This document shows positions 53,151 to 64,000 of a DNA stretch of 64,000 nucleotides, piece by piece. This DNA comes from Octopus vulgaris (taxonomy: Eukaryota), in assembly GCA_951406725.2 (NCBI GenBank), contig OX597830.1:17732001-17796000 (forward strand), given 5' to 3'. Numbering within the stretch: the first letter of the stretch is position 1; every line of letters begins with the position of its first letter. Under the pieces are notes generated by a model. It had not been told where the DNA came from. It saw only the letters and a program-made list of their open reading frames with translations, and did not search any database. Both the position numbers and the translations under genes were made by a program.

Positions 53151-54096
53151 TTTAGCAATTATATTTAATATTTTAATATTAAGTTCCTCAGTTTTTTCCA
53201 CTGTTAAAATTTATAATTAATTAATTAATTTGTATATATTTGTACGTGATTTGTATCTGAGAAGATATCATTGTTGAGTATGCGTATCCAATGTCTGTAA
53301 ACTGCGTATGTTTAGTATATGCGTATAGGTATGCTTGGTTATGCATATATACGTATGTATGTATGTATGTATGTATGTATGTATGTATGTATGTATGTAT
53401 GTATGTATGTATGTATGTATGTATGTATGTATGTATGTATGTATGTATGTATGTATGTATGTATGTATGTGTTGGTGGGTGGACGGATGGATGGATGGAT
53501 GGATGAATGCATATATGTAAATAATAAATCAAACTCCAACGGATTCGACCTGTACATATTCCATTTGTTCGACGAACCGTACTACCTGTTCCATATGTTC
53601 GACTAAACATTCTCCCAGGCGGTGCTCCAGCATGGCTGCAGCCTATTGACTGGAACAAGGAAAAAGTTTAAAAAACGTTTGCAAATTTGTTTCAATTATT
53701 TTTGATATCTACAGAATGGATATCAAAAACAAAAAAACAACAACTAATTATTAAATTACTGATATAATATATAATTATTAAATTATCTTACAATTTAGAA
53801 AGAAAAAAACAGGAAAGCAAGGAACAGAGAAAGATAAAACTTTCGATATTTAAACATTCACGGTAAAAGGTATGCTAGAATATGACCTAGTTATAGACCC
53901 CCCCCACACACACACACACACATGATATTTGAAGTTTACGTCAGTTAATTAATTCGTCCATGAGAACATAATTTTCTTTTCGATTGTATTTATGCAGAAA
54001 TCATTCATCTTCTAACACTTTTTTTCTCGGCATGCTTAGGTATTTAGCTATGACCTTTCCTTTTTTCTTACTTGGTTTCTAGCTTACGTTTTTCTA

Positions 54097-54422
54097 GGCT
54101 CAGTGGTTAGAGCGTCGAGCTTACGATCGTGAGGTTGTGAGCTCGAATCCCGGACCGGGCTGCGTGTTGTGTTCTTGAGCAAGGCACTTTATTTCACGTT
54201 GCTCCAGTTTACTCAGCTGTAGAAATGAGTTGCGACGTCACAGGTGCCAAGCTGTATCGACCTTTGTCTTTCCCTTGGATAACACTGGTGGCGTGGAGAG
54301 GGGAGGCCGGTATGCATGGGCGACTACTGGTCTTCCATAAAAACAACCTTGCCCAGACTTGTGCCTCAGAGGGTAACTCTCTAGGTGCAAACCCATGGTC
54401 ACTCATGACCGAAGGGGGTCTT
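54097..54422 (+). mobile_element. tRNA-derived SINE (type D-like head and core, different tail)
   Basis: ggctcagtggttagagc...gctcgaatccc...ttcttgagcaaggcactttatttcacgttgctcc. Confidence 0.82.
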
Positions 54423-54891
54423 TATTACATAGTTTACAACGATGGGTGTATACACACACAAACACACACACACACACACACACATACACACGCACACAGA
54501 TAGATAGATATTTAGATAGATAGATAGATATATAGATACATACATACATACATACATTTTTTTTCAAAATGCAACCACATATGAATTGTTAGTGAATTGT
54601 TTTGAAGCTACATAAAAAATTTCTAATCTCACAGCAGAACAAACACCGCAAGTTTCCTTTAGCTAAAACGTTTCGCCGTAAGTTATATCGTTTATTCGTA
54701 AACTTGAACTACCTGATGTACGTGGATAATTACGTGTAATTTCTTTGAAGTGGATTTCGGAAAGGGGGTATGTTGATGTTATATGATTTTGAATAGATTG
54801 CAGATGAGTCTAATGTATGTCTTAGAAAAATTATTGCAATGGACGGTACATGGGTTAGCAATATTTTTAGTTTGATATGAAATTTAGGAAT

Positions 54892-55057
54892 AGGCGCAGG
54901 AGTGGCTGTGTGGTAAGTAGCTTGCTAACCAACCACATGGTTCCGGGTTCAGTCCCACTGCGTGGCATCTTGGGCAAGTGTCTTCTGCTATAGCTCCGGG
55001 CTAACCAATGCCTTGTGAATGGATTTGGTTGACGGAAACTGAAAGAAGCCCCTCGTA

Positions 55058-55116
<59 letters not shown>

Positions 55117-55288
55117 TTTATTTTAAGCAGCAGAAAATTCAACAAAATCTGTTACTCTGAGTTTCTCGTTGCCGTTCATCAGACAGATTTTGTTGAATTT
55201 TCTGCTGCTTAAAATAAAGCATATTACTCTACCACTGGTATTTGAGTACTCTTTTTTCCACCTTGTTTCACATTTATGTGTTTACTCC

Positions 55289-55369
<81 letters not shown>

Positions 55370-55562
55370 TTGTGTGTCTGTGTTTGTCCCCCTAGCATTG
55401 CTTGACAACCGATGCTGGTGTGTTTATGTCCCCGTTACTTAGCGGTTCGGCAAAAGAGACCGATAGAAGTCCCGGGGTCGATTTGCTCGACTAAAGGCGG
55501 TGCTCCAGCATGGCCGCAGTCAAATGACTGAAACAAATAAAAGAGTAAAAGAGTAAAGAGAG
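54892..55562 (+). mobile_element. SINE type B, full length, with an element nested in its TA tract
   Basis: Family match on both sides of 55112-55290. Confidence 0.92.
55117..55218 (-). ncRNA. Type-I hammerhead ribozyme motif closed by a perfect 36-bp stem
   Basis: ...UCUGU-CUGAUGA-ACG-GCAA-CGA-GAA-ACUC-A-GAGU-A^ACAGA...; arms 55117-55152 and 55183-55218. Confidence 0.72.
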
Positions 55563-56055
55563 TTAATGCAATTAGAATTATTAGTAATGAGACTGAGTTT
55601 AGGCTAATTCAAATCAGAACGGCTTGATGAAGCAAGTAATTTAGTGGAGTAAAAGATTTCAATAAACTTATAGTGAAAGTTTTATAATATTTATGCTGTA
55701 GTGGAAAGCGATTCTTAAGTAACTTAAGAATACACGGTTGCTACACTGATTAACGGATTGAACTAGCTCATATTTCTTTCATATTTCAATGATTAACCAG
55801 ACGTACAAGTTCATTGATGTGCATAATTTTTGCATTAATTTTTTATATAAAGTTATTATTATTGCATGGCGGCGATTTGGCAGAGCTGTTTGTTTGTATA
55901 TACATATAACATACACACACAAAAAAACCAAACGTATAGACTTGTGAGCTCATATAGATACACACATATATAGATTCAGATGAATATGGTACTTAAGTTG
56001 AGGCACCAGAATTTAGTACGGTATTATCCATACAATTTCAAAATAAGGTGATTAA

Positions 56056-56368
56056 AATCAAAATAAGCAACAAGGATATCCAGAGGTAATGCAGTACGAT
56101 CGTTTCATGCAACTCCATTTCATTGAACAATGCAATCATTTCATTACATCAATTTAAAATGTAGAGCAATCTTCAGCTACACAAAGACATAGAATTTAAT
56201 TAAATTAGTTTTGTTCTAATTTAATTAAATTCTATGTCTTTGTGCAGCTGAAGATTTCTCTACATTTTAAATTGATGTAATGAAATGATTGCATTGTTCA
56301 ATGAAATGGAGTTGCATGAAACGATCGTACTGCATTACCTCTGGATATCCTTGTTGCTTATTTTGATT
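56056..56368. repeat. Near-perfect palindrome: 153-bp arms, 7-nt loop, 2 mismatches
   Basis: 56056-56208 is the reverse complement of 56216-56368; loop ttttgtt; part of an element extending left to ~55970. Confidence 0.96.
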
Positions 56369-56488
<120 letters not shown>

Positions 56489-57648
56489 GTATGTATGTAT
56501 GAAAAATTAAAATAAGAAATAAAGAAATTATTCAACTTCAGGACATTATATGTGTGTGTGTGTGTGTGTGTTTGTGTATGTATGTATATTCATACTTATT
56601 TAAACATCTTTTGTTGGCGTCTTTCATTAAATTGTGGCCATGCTGAAGCACCATCTTTTAGAATATATTCGATTACTTCAATCCCAATGCTTATGGATCT
56701 CGGAAAGAAGAAAGGCAAAATCGACTTTGATGGGATTTGAACTGAGAACATAGAGACCCAACCCAATACCACAACGTATCTTGTCCGATGCTTAGCCAAT
56801 TTATTTGATTTTTGTTCATTTTTTTTTTGTACATTTTCGGCTATTGCTTTTTCCAGATTTTTATTTGGTATGTATGACGTGTGACATTTTTCGCTCAATA
56901 GCAATCAATTAATTCTATTAATATTATAGAAAAGAATCATAAATGTAATCTTAAAGAGGACAGAAAAAAATTAAAACATGTAATTTAAAAGAGAACTATA
57001 ACAACAAAAGAATCTAAAGGAGAGTAAAATATGTTTACTGAGATTTATGAGTTGAAATGTGTTTTGTGCTCGCGCTTAATACGTTGATATTTAGTTAAGA
57101 AGTAAAAATAGGAAACGTCGCATAGCCTCAGCGAAGGTTGTCTAGCTACGCTAAAGTCTTGCTAACTTCAAACGATGCTACGCAAGTCAATATGTTTGTA
57201 TCTGCAGACCATATTCTAAATCGGTATGGCATTCCTATATGTACATATGCATTATGGTTATCATCATCAAAATGCTTAGTGGCATTTCGGCCGTCTCTAT
57301 GTTCTGAATTCCGCCGGGTCGATTAAATAAGTACCAAGTTTCGCACTGGGGTTGATGTAATCGACTTAATCCTTTCCCCTAAATTTGAGGCATTATGCTT
57401 CTAGTAGAAAGGATTATCATTATTACCATTATGGTGGTGAGTAGTTGGCAAAATCGTTAGCACCGCCGGGCAAAATGCTTAGTGGCATTTCGTCCCTCTT
57501 TACGTTCTAAGTTCAAATTCAGCCGACGTCGATTTTGCCTTTCATCCTATCGGGATCAATAAATTAAGTACCAGTGGAATACTGGAGTCGATATAATTGA
57601 CTATTCCTCTTCCCCAAAACTTCACGCTTTGTGCCTTTAGCAGAAAGG

Positions 57649-57736
<88 letters not shown>

Positions 57737-57873
57737 CTATTGAAACAAATATTGCTAAATATGAGGAGTTACTACAAAATGAATGTCTACGAAATGTTAT
57801 TACGAATCACTAGGAAAGGGTCGATTATCAAAATTTAGCAGAGTGATGAAGGAAATTACTTGTGACATATATA

Positions 57874-58470
57874 TCCAGCCAGCCATTTATCTTATCCGCC
57901 CACTGTTCCTGATAGCGTCGTGGGGTTTGAGTCTTCAGGTACCTCCTTCAGTGGGTCCTTTCAGAGATAACTGACATTACGCTGTGTGGATGGACCCCCA
58001 AGCGAGGCCAACTAAGTCTATGGTGATTATCCAGCCATCCAACCCTTGGTCTACTCCTAGAACTCCTGCCGGTTGACTTGGCTTTAAGAATTCGTCTTGA
58101 GAATCTTCCTTGCGGTATTCTAATCACATGTCCGTAATACTGGAGTTGTGATCTGTCAATGCGGAGAAGTGGCGGCTCGACCCGGAGAGACCTCTCCGAG
58201 CTACGCACCCAGTCGAATAACGTTATTCCAGAAATTCTTCGGAAGATCCTTATTTCGACCGCTTGTGTTTGCGATCGTATTCTTTCGGTCATTACCCAAC
58301 ATTTCTTACTATTGGTGAAAAAAAAAAGGCACGGAACCCCGAATTGAAGACAGTGAGTTTAGCTTTTTCACCAACTTCTCCTCTTCTGAGGATCGAACGC
58401 TGGATCTGGTGCATTACTGTGCCTGCACTTGCGATTCTAACCTCCCGATTCCCATCACCCGTGAATATGA
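57874..58470 (-). mobile_element. RTE-clade LINE 3' fragment (Rex3/Expander-like)
   Basis: MTERIRSQTQAVEIRIFRRISG...LRVEPPLLRIDRSQLQYYGHVIR...GRSSRSRPRVGWLD; upstream EVGEKAKLTVF; tggc/tgga tail repeats. Confidence 0.88.
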
Positions 58471-58564
58471 ACCTCTTTCATATTGCAATTTTTGGTAGTT
58501 GTATTCACGCCAGGCACCAATCTGGTATTTATATTTGATCCACAAATAAATGCATCCACGCACA

Positions 58565-58602
<38 letters not shown>

Positions 58603-59100
58603 CACACGCACACACACACATTTAGCTACTTTTTTTTATGCTTCCAAGTTCAAGCTTCGCCGACAGTCAACTTTGATTGGTATCTTTCCATAGCTGATAA
58701 AAGTCAAACTCTAACACTAGTTACTTTATCAGTTTCTTTTGGTATATTGTTCATACGGTTTTTTTTCTCTCGTTCTGTTTTGAGACAAACTACATCAATA
58801 ATCCATAATTGCTTGTTGTTTTTTTTATATATATATTTATGATTATTCACACAAATTAAATAAATCTTATCATATGATATCAAATATTACTATATCATAT
58901 TAAGTATTATCGCGTAGAAATCGTGACGTATGCAATAGAGTCAATAAGCCACTCTAACATTTTTGTTTCCACGTTTATACGTCTTTCATTCATTCAATAG
59001 CCAACACCATTTCCATTCTTCATCCCATGATTTCTCTTCTTGTAGAGCAGGAAGTTCTCTTAACGATCTCATCGTCGTCATTAACGTCGTCGTTAACGTC

Positions 59101-59197
59101 CTCTTCTTCTTCTTCTTCTTCTTCTTCTTCTTCTTCTTCTTCTTCTTCTTCTTCTTCTTCTTCTTCTTCTTCTTCTTCTTCTTCTTCTTCTTCTTCT

Positions 59198-59231
<34 letters not shown>
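59101..59231. repeat. (CTT)n(CTG)n microsatellite
   Basis: Directly visible. Confidence 0.95.
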
Positions 59232-59232
<1 letters not shown>

Positions 59233-59444
59233 GATTTCTCCTTATGGGGTTGATAAAATAAGTAGCAATCGAGTGCTGGTTGCTAAAATAAACGACTAAA
59301 CTCTATTGCAAAACGTGTCGCCTTACGACTATCTTAGAAATAATAATCACAAGAAGAAGAAACAGCAACGCCACCATAGGTTACTTTGAAACGATGAACG
59401 TGTTTTCAAGGGAGATAATCAAAGAACGTAACATTGTAATACTT

Positions 59445-59657
59445 CATGTAAAGTAAATATAACAAATGAAAAATCCTTCAAGAATCCATAAAAATTCCCA
59501 GATCACTACCAAAATTTCATCATCTATTCCTTGTGGCATTACCAACTTTTTCTGCAAGTTTCTGTTCACAACTTTTTGAGTTATTTTGTACACAGACGGA
59601 CGGACGGACAAACCAGCGCCGTTGAAAACATAACCTCCATCCTTGGCAGAGGTAATG
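59445..59657 (-). mobile_element. DINE-1/Helentron-type non-autonomous element, 5' fragment
   Basis: Minus strand attacctctgccaagg..ggaggttatgttttc...tttgtccgtccgtccgtctgtg...ataactcaaaaagtt (sub-terminal IR plus GTCY microsatellite). Confidence 0.7.
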
Positions 59658-60654
59658 AGATGATACTGGAACTTTCTCATGAAGAGATGCCTACCTCCGC
59701 AAAATTCCTGACGTTAAGAATAATTCAAATGGGAAATCCTGCCTTACTTGATTTTATACAAAACCTATAAAAGATAATGGAAAGACAAATGTACTGAGTA
59801 AGGAAAAGCTGAGTGACGAGTGTTTGTGTGTATGTGCATGTGCATGTGCGTGTGTTTATGTTCTTGTAAGTGTGTGTGTGAGTGGCCTTGTGTGAGTGTC
59901 TTCGTGTGTATGTGTGTGTCGTTGAGTGTGTCTGTCTGCGGGTGTCCCTGTGTGTATCCTTGTGTGTGTGTCCTTGCGTGTGTGCGTGTCCACGAGCGTG
60001 TGTGTATGTCCTTGCGTGTCTGTGTGTGTCCTCCTCTGTGTGTGTGTGTGTCCTTCTGTGTGTGTGTGTGTGTGTCCTCCTCTGTGTGTGTGTGTGTGTG
60101 TGTGTCCTCCTCTCTGTGTGTTTGTGTGTGCGTGTCGGAAGGAGATACTCATGAGTGTAAATAATCCAGAGGTGAAAAGAATTCAATAAAAGCTGTAATA
60201 TAATTAGTATATTTTACTTCAAGTTGAAATTTAATAGATTTCGATTACTCATTTCATGATTTTCATGCAATCACTGCAATAAATGAAATAAAATTAGTAT
60301 TCTTTACGATATGAATTACAAAAACCATTGAATCAGCACGTTAACGGTATAAAACTATTTTATGTTAGCCGCCATGTTATTTGTTTAAAGCTATCAATCG
60401 TCCATTCGCTTACCTTTTTGATAAAAGATAACAAAAATATCGAAATGAAGAAAATATTTGAATTTTCTTTAAATCGTGAATGAACGTCTTACGTGACTAT
60501 CCACTTTTCACTTGTTAGGTGAATCAAAATACTTCAACAAATATTTTGATTTGGGACTACAAAAAATATTTCATATTTGAAAGAGTGTTTATTTTCTCTG
60601 AGAGGCAACGGTCACAGACCATATTATCCTGTTTGTAAGGTTTTGTAGGTTGCA

Positions 60655-60685
<31 letters not shown>

Positions 60686-61066
60686 TGTATGTATGTATAC
60701 ACAGAGAGATAAATACAAATACACACATACAGACATGCGAAAATTGTTAATGTTGTTTTCTCAAGATTTTGTCCAAAGATCCTTCCGAATTTTTAAAAAA
60801 TGATGTTGATAAAAATCTTTGATTAAGCACATTCTCATTAAACCTAATTAGTATAGCAAATAGCAATTAGTTACAGGTAATGGGCTGGATTAAGAACTAT
60901 ATCTCTCTATACAGAATACTTAACATTGTGCTTAAGTGAAATATTCTCGCTTATATGGCGTCATTCTATGTTTCGTACACCTAATGGTCCCCGTATTTCT
61001 CCCCCTTTCTCTCTAATACATATACATATACATACATATACATACATGCATACATACATACATACA

Positions 61067-61150
<84 letters not shown>

Positions 61151-61155
61151 GAAAA

Positions 61156-61253
61156 ATCTCTGACGAAGCCTAGAGAAACAACCATGTACCTTAATTTTTT
61201 GCCTACTAGAGTAATAAAGGTAGAATGAGGTATGGCTGAAACAGCTGTAAGTT
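61156..61253 (+). ncRNA. Hammerhead ribozyme motif with large stem II insertion
   Basis: CU-CUGACGA-AGCC-[63 nt]-GGCU-GAA-ACAGCUGU-A^AG immediately after a (TA)n tract. Confidence 0.62.
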
Positions 61254-61485
61254 ATTTTCCCAATTTATATTCATTTATGTTATATTGTAATAATTACTGG
61301 TATCTTTATCTTTATATATCTTTATAAATTAATATATTTTATATCTTATATGTAAAGCATAATATGTTATACATATACGTATATTCTTGTAATTGTCACT
61401 TTAATAAATAAATAAATAAGTTGACATAATATAATGTCTAAAATCTAATGAACCACCTATTGATATCCCCTCCATTTTCTTATTG

Positions 61486-61538
<53 letters not shown>

Positions 61539-61577
61539 TACAGATAGATAGATAGATAGACAGACAGATAGATAGAT

Positions 61578-62003
61578 AACTTACTTTATTGGCCACACAG
61601 GGCTGGACACAGAGGGGACGATTACAAATGTAGAGCTTTTCTTTTCGGGGGGTGGAAAAGGAAAAAGAAGAAAAAAAGGAAACAAATGTAAAATTTCGAT
61701 CGAAAGGGATCGGAAGAAAAAAAGCGATCAAAAGGGATCGTATATCACAGAAAGAATTTTTTTTTTCAAAGTAACAGACAAGATTAGGTTCATCCGTGGA
61801 AAGAAAAGCCTACAGAAAAGACCACGGTAACCTCAGGCAGGGAGGAAAAAAAACACACGAGAGCAAAGTGCTCTCTCTCTCTCTCTTTTACGATTTACAG
61901 GATCATGCTCAAAGTGGTTTCGTCACTCGCACGCACCATCTTTGCTACATTCACCCACCTTTTTTTGAAACTTTCACGAGACAAAACCTGCCTCTCCATT
62001 CTC

Positions 62004-62004
<1 letters not shown>
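61578..62004 (-). mobile_element. Tx1/L1-like LINE 3' end inserted in (TAGA)n
   Basis: ORF2-like tail MERQVLSRESFKKRWVNVAKMVRASDETTLSMIL* (stop at 61895), T-rich 3' UTR, AATAAA; shorter copy at 62938-63045(+). The clade assignment is inference. Confidence 0.65.
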
Positions 62005-62075
<71 letters not shown>

Positions 62076-62831
62076 GCACACATCCATATGTATCCCTGAA
62101 CACTTTCTTTACAATTACCTACGCACATTTCTGTGTTTATCAAATCATTTATCCGGGTATTTCTGCTCTTAACATGCACAAACAAACTCAGCCAACTCAA
62201 AATAACACACAGTTGAAATAACTCTGATTTGGCGTAATAGTGAAAGTAGGCAGCGAAGTATTTGTTGTTGCAGTTCTGGTTTTACTGCTGTCGTTGTTAT
62301 TGTCGCTGGTAGTGGTGGTGGTGGTGGTGGTGGTGGTGTCTTAACTGTTCAACTTACATTAGTGTTGAGAAGACTCTTTGTTCTTAAGTCCGATTAATCG
62401 AACAGAAACAAACGACACTCGCACGCCATGATGCAGCAACAGATTTTCTCTTTGAAGTCGTCAAGAAACCGTAATTGTCCCGTCTCTTCTCCATTTCTTT
62501 GGATCATTTTGATTGCCGTCAATTCTAAGCAATGAACTTAATAATTGGCTCGATTTTCGTCTCTTCTTCTTCGAAACTAATGCGTTGCAGTTTCGGTTTC
62601 CAGATAAAATAACACAAAGTCTTATTGTTGTTTATTGTCGTCATCGTCGTCGTCGTCGTTGTTGTTATTGTTGTAGTAATTTACGGAGATTTACGGATGT
62701 CGTAAGTAACTATCCATTGATGTGACCAGCAGTAAATTGTCACCAAATGTTAGGCTACTTATGATAAAAATATTCACTAGTTTACAGATATTCTGAATGT
62801 GTTTGTTAAGCGGTCTTATTCCTGTGCGTCA

Positions 62832-62930
<99 letters not shown>

Positions 62931-62937
62931 AATCTAT

Positions 62938-63045
62938 CGAAAATCTATCCCCTTTTTTCTTTTCTTTTTTTTCCCCAAAAAAGAAAAGTTCTACTTTCTA
63001 ATTTGTCCCCTCTGTATTCAGCCCTGTGTGGCTAATAGAGAAGCA
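62938..63045 (+). mobile_element. Short 3' fragment of the same LINE within (TCTA)n
   Basis: aagaaaagttctac...gtcccctctgtattcagccctgtgtggctaatag matches 61578-61650(-). Confidence 0.75.
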
Positions 63046-63066
63046 TATCTATCTATCAATCAATCA

Positions 63067-63124
<58 letters not shown>

Positions 63125-63961
63125 ATGTCTGTCTGTCTGCCTGTCTGTCTGTTTGTCTATCAATCTGTCTGCCTGTCGGTCTCTGCCCCCTCCTCTATCT
63201 ATCTATCTATCTATCTATCATCTGTCCGTTCTCCTTCCTATCTATGAATATGTGAAATTATACGAGGCTCAAACTAAAGCACCTTCTAGTTATTATCTAA
63301 AGACGGTCCACAATGCTGTGGCTTGCCTCTACTAACAACTAACTTCACTTACAGCGTTGCATGCGACACCTTACAATAGCATCGTTGATTGAAAATTGGA
63401 AAGAAATCTTTACAGTAGATACACACAAAGACACAAACCGGACACATATCACACACATTGAAAAGCACTTCCAGATATACATGTATACTCCTCTCCATTT
63501 CTCTCTATTTCTCTCTCTCACACACAGGCACAGACACACACACATGCACTCACATACACATGCGTATATAGACAGAACCTTCTGTTTTAGCCAATTATAA
63601 TTATAAGAATTATTGCTGTTGTTATTGTTAGTGTTACTTTTTTTCTACTGTCCTTCGTGTAGCTGAATATGGGAACAACAATGGTGGAATTAGATCTGCG
63701 GCAGAAATTTATCAGAGTCTCATAAAAGTAATAAAGAGAAAAAATATAAATTAAGAGAGGACAGGCTGAAAATGGCTGCACGTTTTAACTAATTCGCAAA
63801 GAGCTCGTTATGGCCGCTCATTCATCGGACTAGTAAAGCTGATTAGGACCATACTAATCCCTATCTCTGATAGTCACATCAAAGACGCGGCAGCGTAGGC
63901 CAAACACTTATTTTAGTAACCTTATTGATTCCACACATCGATATATACGTTTATATATATT

Positions 63962-63992
<31 letters not shown>

Positions 63993-64000
63993 GTGTGTGT

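Overview
This is AT-rich animal (eukaryotic) DNA dominated by microsatellites ((TA)n, (CA)n, (TATG)n, (TAGA)n, (ATT)n) and dense transposable-element debris. The SINE repertoire and repeat landscape suggest an octopus or other coleoid cephalopod (inference). Nearly every ORF in the supplied track is a microsatellite or SINE artefact, and no intact gene is present; three weak + strand exon candidates are listed. Supportable content: many copies of four tRNA-derived SINE types (labelled A-D here), a full-length decayed Hsmar1-like mariner transposase, 3' fragments of an RLE-type (R4/Dong-like) LINE, an RTE LINE and a Tx1/L1-like LINE, a Penelope GIY-YIG fragment, two non-autonomous Helitrons, and Tc1/hAT MITEs. 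The most striking signal is a recurring class of short elements, mostly abutting (TA)n tracts, that carry minimal type-I hammerhead-ribozyme motifs (CUGANGA-stem II-GAA-palindromic stem III-NUH). Several are folded back into inverted repeats, including a 153-bp-arm palindrome and a hammerhead clamped inside a perfect 36-bp stem. Second most striking is a 4x head-to-tail SINE concatemer inside a single target-site duplication. Everything was read by eye, so coordinates of decayed elements are approximate.
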